64,000 nucleotides of DNA from Rhodanobacteraceae bacterium (GCA_036379395.1 DASVGR010000129.1:2010-66009); one strand, 5' to 3'. Positions 1 through 11,165 are shown, counted from the first letter of the stretch. Made by a program: numbers and translations. Notes: generated by a model not told the origin, from the sequence alone.

Positions 1-2
1 TG

Positions 3-836
3 GTGGTGTCGGTGTTGTTGAAACTGGCACCACGCTTCGCCGTGGATGTGCGCCAGGCGATCGCCGGCAACTATCTGGTCGCGGCGTTGCTGGCATGGGG
101 CGTGTTTCACCCCGATCCGGGCTTGCTGACACTGCCCGTGGCGCATCCGGCGTGGCGTGTGCTGCTGGCGCTGGGCGTCTTGCTGCCGACCATCTTTGTC
201 GTCCTGGCGCGTGCGGTCGAGCATGTTGGCGTGGTGCGCTCGGATGCCGCGCAGCGCTTGTCGTTGCTGTTGTCGCTGCTGGCCGCTTTTACCTTGTTTG
301 GCGCCGTGCTGACGTGGCAAAAGGGCATCGGCATGGTTGTCGGTCTGGCGGCCATTGGCTGCATCGTGGCGCGCAAGGAAACCACGGCGGCGGTCGCGAA
401 GGCGCGTGACTGGCTGTGGCCGTTGGGTGTGTTTGTCGGCTTTGGTGCCATCGACGTGTTGTTCAAGGAAGTGGCGCAGTTGACCGGCGTGCCGTTCACC
501 GATGTGCTGTTTGCCACGTTCGTGCTGGCCTTCGTGCTGGCGGCCGCGGGCGTGGCATGGCTGTACGTGCGCGGTCGCGCGCGCTGGCGCTGGCGGCATG
601 CGGGTGGCGCATTGTTGCTGGGCATCTTCAACTTCGGCGACATCGTGTTCTACGTGCAGGCGCATCGCCACATGGCACACGATCCGGCGCTGGTGTTTTC
701 GACCATGAACATCGGCGTGATCGTGATGGCCGCCTTGGTCGGCGTATGGCTGTTCCGCGAAAAGCTCTCGCGCGTCAACGTGCTTGGCATCGTGCTGGCC
801 GTGGCCGCCGTGCTGATGCTGGCCACGGCGGTCTGA
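3..836 (+). CDS. EamA/DMT-family transporter (5' end probably outside window)
   Basis: About 10 hydrophobic segments in two repeats; C-terminal 'GVWLFREKLSRVNVLGIVLA' is typical of EamA. Confidence 0.8.
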   Translation: MVSVLLKLAPRFAVDVRQAIAGNYLVAALLAWGVFHPDPGLLTLPVAHPAWRVLLALGVLLPTIFVVLARAVEHVGVVRSDAAQRLSLLLSLLAAFTLFGAVLTWQKGIGMVVGLAAIGCIVARKETTAAVAKARDWLWPLGVFVGFGAIDVLFKEVAQLTGVPFTDVLFATFVLAFVLAAAGVAWLYVRGRARWRWRHAGGALLLGIFNFGDIVFYVQAHRHMAHDPALVFSTMNIGVIVMAALVGVWLFREKLSRVNVLGIVLAVAAVLMLATAV

Positions 837-849
837 ACGGACGGCCGCG

Positions 850-2907
850 TCACATGGCGGCGGGTTCGCGCAGGGTTGGATTGTCCCAGCCGGGACGTGG
901 CGTGAAACGGGAGCCGTGGCGTTGCGCCAGTTGTTCCAGCCGTGCCTTGAGCGCGTCGGCGCCGGCGCTGCGGATGTACTGGATGGGACCGCCGCGGAAT
1001 GGCGCGAAACCGGTGCCGAAAATGACGCCGGCGTCCAGCGTGTCGGCATCGTCGACCACGCCGTCGTGCAGGCAGGCGACGGCCTCGTTGAGCATCGGCA
1101 AAATCAGGCGGTCTTCCAGATTGGTTGGTGCGTTGTAGCCTTTTTCCACCGGCGGCTTTTGCGGCTTGCCATCGACCCACGTGTACAAGCCCTGGCCGTC
1201 CTTCTTGCCGCGATGGCCGGCATCGCGCAGCGCATCCAGGCCGGCCGGCAATTCCAGGCCGAGGAACGGCGCCAGTTCCTTGCCGACGCTGGCGCACACG
1301 TCCAGGCCCACGGTGTCGGCCAGTTCGATCGGCCCCATCGGCATGCCGAAGGCCTTGGCCGTCTTGTCCAGTACCGGGCCGGGCACGCCTTCGTGGTGCA
1401 GGCGGATGGCTTCGAGCAGGTACGGCATGAGGATGCGGTTGACCAGAAAACCGGGCGTGCCGGTGACCACGAGCGGCAATTTGCCCAGCGCCTTGCAGAA
1501 CGCGCGCGCGCGTTGCTGCGTGGTGGCGTCCAGCCCGTCGTGGCGGACGACTTCGACCAGTGGCATCTGCGCCACCGGGTTGAAGAAATGCAGGCCGATG
1601 AAATGCTGCGGGCGGGCCAGTTTTTCGTCGAGCATATCCAGCGCGATGCTGGACGTGTTGGTAGCCAGGATGGCGGTGGCCGGCAGTTGCGGCTCGACCT
1701 GCGCATACACGGCCTGCTTGGCCTCGGTGTTCTCGTAAATGGCCTCGATGACGAGATCGGCACGCGCGACCGCCTTGCCTTCGAGATCGGCCGCCAGGCG
1801 GTTGCCGGCGGCATCGGCGCGCGCCGTGTCGCCGTGGGCCTTTTTGGCATACAGCGTCTGGGCGCGCAGCAGGGCCGGTTCGATAAAGCGCATTTCGCGG
1901 TCCTGCAACGTCACCTTGAAGCCTTTCCAGGCGCTCCAGGCGGCGATGTCGCCGCCCATGGTGCCGGCGCCGACCACGTGTACGCGGGTGATGCCGTGTT
2001 CGACCGCGCCGTCCAGCTTGAGCAGCCGTTCGCGCAGGAAGAATACGCGGATGAGGTTGTGCGCGGTCGGCGTGGTGGCCAGGCGCGCGACCGAAGCGGC
2101 TTCCAGCTTCAGGCGATGGTTGACATGGCGACCGCCGCGACGCCACACGTCGATCACGGCGAAGGGTGCGGGATATTGCTGTCTGCGCACCTTGGCGGCG
2201 GTCTGGCGACGCACCGCAGGAGCCAGTGCCTGGCGCACCGGCCACCAGTTGGTGGCCCAGCCACGCAGGCGTCGGGCCAGTGGTCGCGAACGCGGATGCA
2301 CGATCAGTTGACGCGCGGCGGCCAGCAGCTGGTCGGTCGGCACGACGCGGTCGACCAGGCCGGCGGCATGTGCCTTGCCGGCGCTGAACGGCTTGCCGGT
2401 CAACATGGCCTGCAGCGCGGCCGGGGCGCCGATCAGGCGCGGCAGGCGGGCCGTGCCGCCCCAGCCGGGGTGGATGCCAAGCATCACTTCGGGCAGGCCG
2501 ATGTGCGCGTCGGTGGCCGCGACGCGGCCACGGCAGGCCAGCGCCAGTTCGGTGCCGCCGCCCAGGCAATGGCCGTGGATTGCCGCGATGGTCGGGCAGG
2601 GCAGGCGCGCCAGGCGATCGAAGACGTGCTGGCCATGCTCGATGTTCTCGCGCACGCTGCCGGCGGCCGCGTACTGCACGAACTCGTGGATGTCCGCGCC
2701 GACGGCAAAGCCGGACGGCTTGGACGAGTGCACGATGACGCCGGGCGGATTCTCGATTTCCAGCCGTTCGACGATGGCATCGAGCTCGTCCAGCATGGCG
2801 CGCGAAATGGCGTTGACCGGACTGTCCGCGCGATCCATGGCCAGCGTGACGATGCCGCCGTCGTCCACCGAGGTTTTCCAGTGCTTGAAACGCAACCCTT
2901 CGAACAT
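850..2907 (-). CDS. fadJ: Fatty acid oxidation complex alpha subunit (enoyl-CoA hydratase/3-hydroxyacyl-CoA dehydrogenase)
   Basis: Crotonase motifs (FAVGADI, GGGTELALAC, GLPEV), Rossmann VVGAGTMG, ATNTSS, GLHFFNPV, PGFLVNR. Start chosen at MFEGLRF (2907). Confidence 0.85.
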   Translation of the reverse strand: MFEGLRFKHWKTSVDDGGIVTLAMDRADSPVNAISRAMLDELDAIVERLEIENPPGVIVHSSKPSGFAVGADIHEFVQYAAAGSVRENIEHGQHVFDRLARLPCPTIAAIHGHCLGGGTELALACRGRVAATDAHIGLPEVMLGIHPGWGGTARLPRLIGAPAALQAMLTGKPFSAGKAHAAGLVDRVVPTDQLLAAARQLIVHPRSRPLARRLRGWATNWWPVRQALAPAVRRQTAAKVRRQQYPAPFAVIDVWRRGGRHVNHRLKLEAASVARLATTPTAHNLIRVFFLRERLLKLDGAVEHGITRVHVVGAGTMGGDIAAWSAWKGFKVTLQDREMRFIEPALLRAQTLYAKKAHGDTARADAAGNRLAADLEGKAVARADLVIEAIYENTEAKQAVYAQVEPQLPATAILATNTSSIALDMLDEKLARPQHFIGLHFFNPVAQMPLVEVVRHDGLDATTQQRARAFCKALGKLPLVVTGTPGFLVNRILMPYLLEAIRLHHEGVPGPVLDKTAKAFGMPMGPIELADTVGLDVCASVGKELAPFLGLELPAGLDALRDAGHRGKKDGQGLYTWVDGKPQKPPVEKGYNAPTNLEDRLILPMLNEAVACLHDGVVDDADTLDAGVIFGTGFAPFRGGPIQYIRSAGADALKARLEQLAQRHGSRFTPRPGWDNPTLREPAAM

Positions 2908-3139
2908 GATCACGGCTCGTACGGAGTGGCCCATCACGATACCGCGCGGATCGATGCAATGCGAGATGGCGGCGTGCGCGCGGGACGCCTTCCGCACGTG
3001 ACTGAAAACTGCCTGAAGCATGCACGACCAATGCCGGATATGGCGGCAAAACGCGATGCATTTCGCGTTCCCGGACATCCATCGCTGGCAAGGTGGGCAC
3101 TGTTCCAATGCACGGCCCAAGGAGCACGGCGTGACAGAC

Positions 3140-3628
3140 ATGACAATGCAGGCATTGGCCGTGCCTGATGGCCGGGATGTCTTTGATCAAATCCTCGAAG
3201 CCGACGCGCCCCTGATCACGCTGGAAACGACGCGTCCCGACGCCTTGCTGGAAAAATTCCGGCAGCGCGTGCGCCGCAGCGGCGAAACGTTTTACGTGTG
3301 GCAGGAAGGCGAGGGCCTGTGCAGCCTGCGTGAAACCGGATTGCGCATCCCCGGCAGCCTGCGCGTGAGCGACACCTTGCGTTATGTCCTCAAGAGCCGG
3401 CATTTCGGCATCTACCTCATGGGCGGGCTGACGACCAGCCTGACGCAATCGGATGTGGCGTTGATGCGGCGCTTCGTGCAAACCAGGGCGGATTTCGTGC
3501 GGCGCGTGGTGTTGCTGGCGCAGGGGCCGGAACTGGCCCGTCGCCTGGGCGATCTGACCGTGGTGATCCGGGATCGGCAGGCCGCGCAGGGACGTTTGCG
3601 CCTGCGTGGCGGGCGTTGGGTGAACTGA
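3140..3628 (+). CDS. Hypothetical protein resembling the N-terminal domain of Ycf46-like AAA ATPases
   Basis: GGAG RBS-like sequence upstream; 'PLITLET...FYVWQEGEGL' pattern; 4-nt gap to the next gene. Confidence 0.6.
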   Translation: MTMQALAVPDGRDVFDQILEADAPLITLETTRPDALLEKFRQRVRRSGETFYVWQEGEGLCSLRETGLRIPGSLRVSDTLRYVLKSRHFGIYLMGGLTTSLTQSDVALMRRFVQTRADFVRRVVLLAQGPELARRLGDLTVVIRDRQAAQGRLRLRGGRWVN

Positions 3629-3632
3629 TCCG

Positions 3633-6230
3633 ATGACGGGCATGGTTGACAGTGTCGGGGCAACAGGCATCCTGCTGGTGGCCAGCCAACGGGACGACCG
3701 GCGCTGCCTGTTCGATCTGCTCGACAAGCAGGGATTTCGGCGTATTCATGCGGCGCGTGATGCCACCCAGGCGCGAGTCCTGCTGGCCGAGCGGCCGGCG
3801 CTGGGGTTGGTGCTGCTGGAATTTGCCGCGGACGCCAGCGACGCGCTGGCGTTCTGCGCCCATGTGCACGGACTTGAGGCTTATCGCCAGATCCCCATTC
3901 TGGGCCTGGCCACGGCCGCGACCCGTCGCGGGAACGAGTCGCTCGAGGATGTGCGTGGCTGGCTGCACTTGCCGGCCGACGGGGAACAGTTGCGTGAGCA
4001 GCTCGAGCTGCTGCAACAGACAAAACCGGCACCCGCGAAGCCCGCCGTCGATTTGCCGCAGGCCGGTCCGGACGATTACCGCTTTGCGTTTGACGATGAC
4101 GATCGCTGCTGGGTGATATCGACGCCGGACGGACAGGTGCTGGATGTCAACGCGGCATTTGCGCGGCATGTCGGCGCCACGGCCGCCGAATTGCGCGGGC
4201 GGACGTTGTCGGTGGTCATCGGCGAGGCCGGCGTGGGACCGACGGAGTTGCTGCAGCGTCTTGCCGAAGCGGGCGTTGCCGAGCGCATGGTCCAGTGCCC
4301 GCGCGCCGATGGCGGCAACGCGCCGATGCGCGCCGTCACCCGCCTGGCCACATGGCGCAATCAGGTCGTGCATGTCACCGCGTTGCAGGCGCAAGGCCAC
4401 GTGGCGCAGGCGCGCGGGTTGCTCAATCTGCTGGCCCAGCTGCGCAAGGCGGGCAGCAACGAGGCTGGCGTGCGCCAGGCGGCACAGGTGCTGGTGCAGG
4501 GCCTGGCGCTGGATTTTGTCGGCGTGTATGCGGCCATGCCCGAAGCCAATGCCGAACCGGTCATGTGGGCGCATCAATTGCGTCAGCCGCTGGCCAGCAA
4601 TGATGCGGTGCCGGACGTGCTGCAACAGCCGGCATTGCATCTGGTGCTGGACGGCGAAACGTTGATGCATTCGGATGACGCCATGCGGCTGGCGCATTCG
4701 GACGCCTTCGTGGCGGGCATGAATTTCAAGGCTTTTGCCGGCTTGCCGCTGGTCGACGAGCGCGGCAGCGTGCTGGGCGCGCTGCTGGCGGGCAGCCGCG
4801 AGCCGTGGGTTTCGGGATCGTTGATTCCGGAAACCTTGCACGTGGCCGCCGGACACTTTGCCCATGACATGGAATTGCGCCGGGCCCGCGCGCAAGGCCG
4901 TGCGCACGGCTTGCTGGACGGCCTGACGCGCCTGCCGAACCGCCTGCTGTTCAACGACCGGCTGGAAAACACCTTGCGCGAGGCGCGTCGCACCGGCGAG
5001 ATGTTTGCCGTGCTGTTCGTCGACCTGGACCGCTTCAAGTCGATCAACGACTCGCTGGGCCATTCGGTCGGCGACGAGGTGTTGACGGCCGTGGCGCGGC
5101 GTCTGCGCGGCTCGGTGCGCGCATCCGACACCGTGGCACGCTACGCCGGCGACGAGTTCACCGTCATCCTGCGCCACATCACTCAGCGCGAGGACGTGCT
5201 GCGCATCGCCGACAAGATGGTGCGCCTGATGGATGCGCCGCTGATGCTGGCCGACGGTTCCGAACTGCACATCACCGCCTCCATCGGCGTGAGCTTCTAC
5301 CCCGACGACGCGGCCACCGCCGAGCGCCTGCTCAAGCATGCCGACGTGGCCATGTACAGCGCCAAGGGCAAGGGCCGCAACGGTTACCAGGTGTACGTGG
5401 CGCAGTCCGAGGAAAGCCATCAGCAGCGCGTGGCGCTCGAGTCCAAGCTGCGCCAGGCCGAGCGCAACGGCGAGCTGCGCGTGTATTACCAGCCGCAGGT
5501 GGACGTGCTGACCGAGGACATCGTCGGCATGGAAGCGCTGGTGCGCTGGGAGCATCCCGAGCTGGGCATGATCAGCCCCGGATTCTTCATCCCGCTGGCC
5601 GAGGAAACCGGGCTCATCGTCAGCATCGGCGAATGGGTGCTGCGTCGCGCCTGCGAGTCGACCGCGCGCTGGACCAGGCGCTACGGCCTGCCATTGCGCA
5701 TCGGGGTCAATCTGTCGGCGTTGCAGCTCATGCAGCCGCGCCTGCCCGACATGGTGATGTCGGCGCTGCATGACAGCGGTTTGCCGGCCGGCCAGCTGGA
5801 ACTGGAAGTGACCGAAAGCATCAGTGTCAAATCCATCCCCCATTTGCTGCGCAACCTTGCCCGGCTGCACGACATGGGCTGCCATCTGGCCATCGACGAT
5901 TTCGGCACCGGGCAGGCCTCGCTCGATTACCTGCGCAACCTGCCGGCCGACCGCATCAAGATCGACCAGAGCTTCGTGCGCAACATCGGCGTGGACCCGG
6001 ACGACGAAGCCATCGTCAAGGCCACCATCGACATGGCCCACGGGCTCAACCGCGCCGTGATCGCCGAAGGCGTCGAGACCGAGGCGCACCTGTCTTTCCT
6101 GCGCCAGCAGCATTGCGAGGAATTGCAGGGTTACCTGTTCTGTCGACCGTTGCCGCGCAACGCGTTCGACCTGCTGCTGGCTGAACGCCAGCGCCTGCTT
6201 GGAGCTGCCCGGGACCAGGGCACCGGTTGA
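3633..6230 (+). CDS. REC-PAS-GAF-GGDEF-EAL diguanylate cyclase/phosphodiesterase
   Basis: D-GLTRLPNR, FVDLDRFKSINDSLGH, RYAGDEF, EALVRW, LELEVTES, IDDFGTG, IKIDQSFV, AEGVET, QGYLF. Confidence 0.92.
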   Translation: MTGMVDSVGATGILLVASQRDDRRCLFDLLDKQGFRRIHAARDATQARVLLAERPALGLVLLEFAADASDALAFCAHVHGLEAYRQIPILGLATAATRRGNESLEDVRGWLHLPADGEQLREQLELLQQTKPAPAKPAVDLPQAGPDDYRFAFDDDDRCWVISTPDGQVLDVNAAFARHVGATAAELRGRTLSVVIGEAGVGPTELLQRLAEAGVAERMVQCPRADGGNAPMRAVTRLATWRNQVVHVTALQAQGHVAQARGLLNLLAQLRKAGSNEAGVRQAAQVLVQGLALDFVGVYAAMPEANAEPVMWAHQLRQPLASNDAVPDVLQQPALHLVLDGETLMHSDDAMRLAHSDAFVAGMNFKAFAGLPLVDERGSVLGALLAGSREPWVSGSLIPETLHVAAGHFAHDMELRRARAQGRAHGLLDGLTRLPNRLLFNDRLENTLREARRTGEMFAVLFVDLDRFKSINDSLGHSVGDEVLTAVARRLRGSVRASDTVARYAGDEFTVILRHITQREDVLRIADKMVRLMDAPLMLADGSELHITASIGVSFYPDDAATAERLLKHADVAMYSAKGKGRNGYQVYVAQSEESHQQRVALESKLRQAERNGELRVYYQPQVDVLTEDIVGMEALVRWEHPELGMISPGFFIPLAEETGLIVSIGEWVLRRACESTARWTRRYGLPLRIGVNLSALQLMQPRLPDMVMSALHDSGLPAGQLELEVTESISVKSIPHLLRNLARLHDMGCHLAIDDFGTGQASLDYLRNLPADRIKIDQSFVRNIGVDPDDEAIVKATIDMAHGLNRAVIAEGVETEAHLSFLRQQHCEELQGYLFCRPLPRNAFDLLLAERQRLLGAARDQGTG

Positions 6231-6271
6231 CGCGCCAGCGGGCCGGCCCCATCTTGCCGAGGTGGGCGCGT

Positions 6272-6299
6272 GAACTTTTGCGCCGCCTTGGCAGTCCTA
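6272..6299 (+). promoter_or_regulatory. Sigma-E-type promoter upstream of rpoE (autoregulation)
   Basis: GAACTT-N16-GTCCTA matches the RpoE/AlgU consensus GAACTT-N16/17-gTCnnA, ending 42 nt before the rpoE ATG. Confidence 0.7.
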
Positions 6300-6341
6300 C
6301 AACGGCGTGTGGCACTCGCACGTCAAGGGAGATTGGCCCGG

Positions 6342-6938
6342 ATGGGCGAGAAAGAAGTCGATCGCGCTCTGGTCGAGCGCGTACAACAAGGCGATTCGCG
6401 GGCTTTTGATCTTCTGGTGCGCAAATACCAGCACAAGGTCATCGGGCTCATTTCGCGTTACGTCGCCGATCGCAGCGAGTGCCAGGACGTGGCGCAAGAG
6501 GCGTTTATCCGCGCCTGGCGCGCGATTGATTCGTTTCGCGGCGACAGCGCGTTTTACACGTGGCTGTACAAGATTGCCGTCAATACCGCCAAAAACCATC
6601 TGGTGGCATTGAAACGGCGCCCGCCCAACGACGACGTGGCCGTCGAGGACGCGGTATTCGGCCCCAGCGCCGAGCGCCTGTACGAGAACGCCACGCCCGA
6701 GCACGAAATGCTGCGCCAGGAAATTGAACAAACCGTGGTTTCCGCGGTCGAAGCATTACCTGAGGAGCTGCGTACGGCCATCACCCTGCGGGAAGTGGAC
6801 GGACTCAGCTACGAAGAGATTGCCCTGTCCATGGATTGTCCGATCGGCACCGTCCGGTCGCGCATTTTCCGGGCGCGTGAGGCAATCGATGAGCAATTGC
6901 GGCCGTTACTGCCCGGTCACGAGGAAGCGACATCATGA
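6342..6938 (+). CDS. rpoE: ECF RNA polymerase sigma factor RpoE
   Basis: LVERVQQGDSRAFDLLVRKYQHK, SAFYTWLYKIAVNTAKN, CPIGTVRSRIFRAR. Confidence 0.97.
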   Translation: MGEKEVDRALVERVQQGDSRAFDLLVRKYQHKVIGLISRYVADRSECQDVAQEAFIRAWRAIDSFRGDSAFYTWLYKIAVNTAKNHLVALKRRPPNDDVAVEDAVFGPSAERLYENATPEHEMLRQEIEQTVVSAVEALPEELRTAITLREVDGLSYEEIALSMDCPIGTVRSRIFRAREAIDEQLRPLLPGHEEATS

Positions 6939-7633
6939 AGCCTGTCGAACACGAAAACCTGTCTGCGTTGGCCGATGGTGAACTCGGTCGTGATGAAGTG
7001 CGCTTCATGCTGCGGCGCACCGAAGGCAATGCCGGGCTCAGGGCCGTGTGGACCCGTTATCACGTCATCGGCGCCAGTCTGCGACATGAATCCATGTTGC
7101 TGGCGGACAATGATTTCGCCACGCGCGTCATGCAGCAAATCGCGGCCTCCGCGCCCCAGCTGAAAGTGGCCACGGCGCCAGCGGCCCACGGTCGTGCCCA
7201 TCACTGGTTGCGCTGGTCGGCCGGTGGCGCGATTGCCGCAGGCGTGGCCGCCGTGGCGTTGATCATGGTGCAGCCGCAAATGCAGCCGGCGGCACCGGCA
7301 GCCACGGGCTCGGCACGAATTGCCGCCGCAAACGCCAGGACGACGCAGGCGACGACATCGCCACGGCCGATGGCCGCGCCGGCCGTGCCGCGCTGGTTGT
7401 CGGCTTCCCCTTCGGCCGCGCAGTTGGCGCAACCGGCCGCCGCCGACTTTTACGGCCCCGGCCAGATGGTCGCCTCGCACGGTTACGCCGAGCGCCTGAG
7501 TCCCTACATGACTTTGCCGACGCCACGCGCGACCGACACGCGCCAGGCGCGCCACATCATGTACGAGTTGTGGACTGTGGCGCCGCAGCCGGCACCGCCG
7601 AATCAGCGCGTGCTGCGATTGCAACGCCAATAA
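6935..7633 (+). CDS. rseA: Anti-sigma-E factor RseA/MucA
   Basis: ENLSALADGEL, WTRYHVIGASLR, one TM helix; ATGA overlap with rpoE. Confidence 0.9.
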   Translation: MKPVEHENLSALADGELGRDEVRFMLRRTEGNAGLRAVWTRYHVIGASLRHESMLLADNDFATRVMQQIAASAPQLKVATAPAAHGRAHHWLRWSAGGAIAAGVAAVALIMVQPQMQPAAPAATGSARIAAANARTTQATTSPRPMAAPAVPRWLSASPSAAQLAQPAAADFYGPGQMVASHGYAERLSPYMTLPTPRATDTRQARHIMYELWTVAPQPAPPNQRVLRLQRQ

Positions 7634-7788
7634 CCCCCCGTTTTCGTATTGCCAAACGCAAGGTGTCTGACCATTCTGGCCAGTCAGCGGGATCGTTTTT
7701 GCCCGGTGCCGGCACCGGCAGGGGATCGAAACGCCACATTGAGCTGTTCAAGTACGTCGTTTTTCAAAGTGACAGGAGGTAATCACCC

Positions 7789-9231
7789 ATGAAACGCATG
7801 AGCATCCGGATCGGAGCCGGGTTGGCATTGATGCTGGTGGCAGCCGGCGCCTTTGCCGCGCAGCTGCCCGACTTCACCCAGATCGTCAAGAAGAACGCGC
7901 CGGCCGTGGTGCACGTGAAGGCGTATTACAACGGCCAGCCGAGCTACCAATCGTACGGCGCCAACCAGAATGCGCCGCAGCAATTGCCGCCGGGCGTGCC
8001 GGAGATCTTCCGCCACTTCTTCCAGGGGCCGCAGCAGATGTCGCCACAGGACGAGCGGCACCTTTCCATCGGCTCGGGCTTCATCATTTCCAGTGACGGC
8101 TACATCCTCACCAACGACCACGTCGTCGACCATGCCAACAAGGTCACGGTGCGGTTGCGCGACCGCCGCGTGCTGACGGCCAAGGTGATCGGCACCGACA
8201 AGCCGTACGACATCGCGCTGCTGAAAGTCGACGCCAAGAACCTGCCGACCGTGACGCTGGGCGACTCCTCGACGTTGCAGCCGGGCCAGTGGGTGCTGGC
8301 CATCGGCATGCCGTTCAACTTCGACTACACCGTCACGCAAGGCATCGTCAGCGCGGTAGGCCGCACCTTCGGCGGCAGCCAGGACCAGCCGGACGTGCCG
8401 TTCATCCAGACCGACGTGCCGATCAACCACGGCAACTCGGGCGGCCCGCTGTTCAACCTGGACGGCCAGGTGGTCGGCATCAACTCGCAGATCTATTCCT
8501 CGACCGGCGGCTTCATGGGCGTGTCGTTCTCGATCCCCATCAACATCGCCATGGACGCGGTGCGCCAGCTCAAGACCAAGGGCTACGTGTCGCGCGGCCA
8601 GATCGGCGTGATGGTGCGACAGGTGACGGCCGACCAGGCCAAGGCACTGCATCTTCCCAGTGCTTCCGGCGCGCTGATCGTGCGCGTCAACGACGGCAGC
8701 CCGGGCGCCAAGGCTGGCTTGCAGCCGGGCGACGTGATCCAGGCCTTCAACGGCCGCGAGATTCTCGACGCCGGTTCCCTGCCGCCCATGGTGGCCGAGA
8801 CGGCGCCGGGCACGGAAGTCACGTTGACGGTCATGCACAAGGGCAAGGTCGAGACGGTCAAGGTCAAGCTGGGCGAAAAGCCGCGTGACGAGAACTCCTA
8901 CTCGTCGATCACGCCGCAGGGCCAGGCCGTTTCGGGCAGCCGCGCGCTGGGCTTCACGGTCGAATCGATGACCGCTTCACAGCGCAAGGCGTTGAAAATC
9001 AAGGATGGCCAGGGTGTGGTCATCAGCAACATCGAAGGTCGCCAAGCGGTGCAGGCCGGCCTGCAGACCGGTGACGTGGTACTGATGGTCAACCAGCAGG
9101 AAGTGAATTCGGTCAGGGACTTCCAGCGTTTGACCAAATCGGTCAAGCCGGGTGACACGGTGATGCTGCTGGTGCGTGATCGCCAGGGCAATACTGGCTT
9201 CACCACGGTGACGGTGCCGACGCACCCGTAA
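7789..9231 (+). CDS. mucD: Do/DegP-family periplasmic serine protease (MucD)
   Basis: Signal peptide, GSGFII, TNDHVV, DIALL, GNSGGPL, two PDZ domains; AGGAGG RBS. Confidence 0.93.
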   Translation: MKRMSIRIGAGLALMLVAAGAFAAQLPDFTQIVKKNAPAVVHVKAYYNGQPSYQSYGANQNAPQQLPPGVPEIFRHFFQGPQQMSPQDERHLSIGSGFIISSDGYILTNDHVVDHANKVTVRLRDRRVLTAKVIGTDKPYDIALLKVDAKNLPTVTLGDSSTLQPGQWVLAIGMPFNFDYTVTQGIVSAVGRTFGGSQDQPDVPFIQTDVPINHGNSGGPLFNLDGQVVGINSQIYSSTGGFMGVSFSIPINIAMDAVRQLKTKGYVSRGQIGVMVRQVTADQAKALHLPSASGALIVRVNDGSPGAKAGLQPGDVIQAFNGREILDAGSLPPMVAETAPGTEVTLTVMHKGKVETVKVKLGEKPRDENSYSSITPQGQAVSGSRALGFTVESMTASQRKALKIKDGQGVVISNIEGRQAVQAGLQTGDVVLMVNQQEVNSVRDFQRLTKSVKPGDTVMLLVRDRQGNTGFTTVTVPTHP

Positions 9232-9374
9232 GGGAACAGTGCTGGCTGTCTTCACCAGGAGGCGGCCAGTCATCGGGTTCCATGCGATAATCCGATTCTT
9301 CGGCGTCGCCAGGGTCTGGCGGCGCCGTGTCGTGCGGCCAAACCGCGACGAAACCCCACGCAGTGCCGGATTTC

Positions 9375-11165
9375 ATGGACCATATTCGCAATTTTTCCAT
9401 CATCGCCCACATCGACCACGGCAAATCCACGCTGGCTGACCGCATTATCCAGCTGTGCGGTGGCCTGAGCGAGCGCGAGATGGAGGCCCAGGTGCTGGAC
9501 ACCAACCCGATCGAGCGCGAGCGCGGCATCACCATCAAGTCGCAGTCGGTGTCGCTGCCGTACACGGCGTTGGACGGACAGGTCTACCAGCTCAATTTCA
9601 TCGACACGCCGGGGCATGTCGATTTTTCGTATGAAGTCAGTCGTTCGCTGGCCGCCTGCGAAGGCGCGCTGCTGGTGGTCGACGCCGCCCAGGGCGTCGA
9701 GGCGCAGTCGGTGGCCAACTGCTACACCGCGGTCGAGCAGGGGCTGGAAGTAGTGCCGGTGCTGAACAAGATCGACCTGCCCACGGCCGACCCGGACAAG
9801 GTGAAGGAAGAAATCGAGGCCGTGATCGGCATCGACGCCTCCGACGCCATCGCCGTGAGCGCCAAGACCGGCGAAAACGTGCGTGCGGTGCTCGAAGCCA
9901 TCGTGGCACGCATTCCGCCGCCGACCCCGCGCGGCTCGGACAAGCTGCAAGCGCTCATCATCGACTCGTGGTTCGACAACTACCTTGGCGTGGTGATGCT
10001 GGTGCGCGTGATGCAAGGACAGGTCAAGCCCGGCGACAAGATCCAGGTCATGTCCACCGGGCGCAGTCACGGCGTGGACGAAGTGGGCGTATTCACGCCC
10101 AAGCGCAAGAAAACCGCCGTGCTCAAGGCCGGCGAAGTGGGCTGGATCAACGCCGCCATCAAGGAAGTGCACGGTGCGCCGGTCGGCGACACGCTGACCT
10201 TGGCCAACGACCCGGCGGCGGAGCCGTTGCCCGGTTTCCAGACCATGCAGCCGCGTGTGTTCGCCGGCCTGTTCCCGGTCGATTCGGACGATTACAGCGC
10301 GTTGCGCGAGGCGCTGGACAAGCTGCGCCTGAACGACGCGGCGCTGTTTTTCGAGCCGGAATCGTCCGAAGCCATGGGCTTCGGTTTTCGTTGTGGCTTC
10401 CTCGGCATGCTGCACATGGAAATCGTGCAGGAACGGCTGGAGCGCGAATACGACCTGGATCTGGTCACCACTGCGCCGACCGTCGTCTACGAAATCCTCC
10501 GCACCGACGGCTCCATCATGGAGCTGGACAATCCGGCCAGCTTGCCGCCGGCCAACGAGGTCGAGGAAGTGCGCGAGCCGATCATCCTGGCCAACATCCT
10601 CACGCCGCCCGATTACGTTGGCGCCGTGATCACGTTGTGTGAGGAAAAACGCGGTATCCAGCGCTCCATCAACTACATGGCCAGCCAGGTGCAGGTAAGC
10701 TACGAGCTGCCGCTGGCCGAGGTGGTACTCGACTTTTTTGACCGCCTCAAGTCGTGCACGCGCGGCTACGCGTCGATGGAATACCAGCATCTGCGTTTCG
10801 ACGCCGGCCCGTTCGTGCGCGTGGACGTGCTCATCAACGGCGACCGCGTGGATGCGCTGAGCCTGATCGTGCACCGCACCTACGCCGAGCGCCGCGGGCG
10901 CGACCTGGTCGAGCGCATGAAGGAGCTCATTCCGCGCCAGCAGTTCGACGTGGCCATCCAGGCCGCCATCGGCGCGCAGGTCATCGCGCGCTCCACGGTC
11001 AAGGCGTTGCGCAAGAATGTGCTGGCCAAGTGCTACGGTGGCGATGTCAGCCGCAAGAAAAAATTGCTGGAAAAACAAAAGGAAGGCAAGAAGCGCATGA
11101 AGCAGGTGGGCCGGGTGAACATTCCGCAGGAAGCGTTCCTGGCCGTGTTGAAAGTCGACAAGTAG
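9375..11165 (+). CDS. lepA: Translation elongation factor 4
   Basis: [46 protein letters not shown]. Confidence 0.98.
   Translation: MDHIRNFSIIAHIDHGKSTLADRIIQLCGGLSEREMEAQVLDTNPIERERGITIKSQSVSLPYTALDGQVYQLNFIDTPGHVDFSYEVSRSLAACEGALLVVDAAQGVEAQSVANCYTAVEQGLEVVPVLNKIDLPTADPDKVKEEIEAVIGIDASDAIAVSAKTGENVRAVLEAIVARIPPPTPRGSDKLQALIIDSWFDNYLGVVMLVRVMQGQVKPGDKIQVMSTGRSHGVDEVGVFTPKRKKTAVLKAGEVGWINAAIKEVHGAPVGDTLTLANDPAAEPLPGFQTMQPRVFAGLFPVDSDDYSALREALDKLRLNDAALFFEPESSEAMGFGFRCGFLGMLHMEIVQERLEREYDLDLVTTAPTVVYEILRTDGSIMELDNPASLPPANEVEEVREPIILANILTPPDYVGAVITLCEEKRGIQRSINYMASQVQVSYELPLAEVVLDFFDRLKSCTRGYASMEYQHLRFDAGPFVRVDVLINGDRVDALSLIVHRTYAERRGRDLVERMKELIPRQQFDVAIQAAIGAQVIARSTVKALRKNVLAKCYGGDVSRKKKLLEKQKEGKKRMKQVGRVNIPQEAFLAVLKVDK

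Noticed and set aside
6342-9231. Absence of rseB/rseC between rseA and mucD
   Set aside because: The rpoE-rseA-mucD arrangement is already known in xanthomonads.
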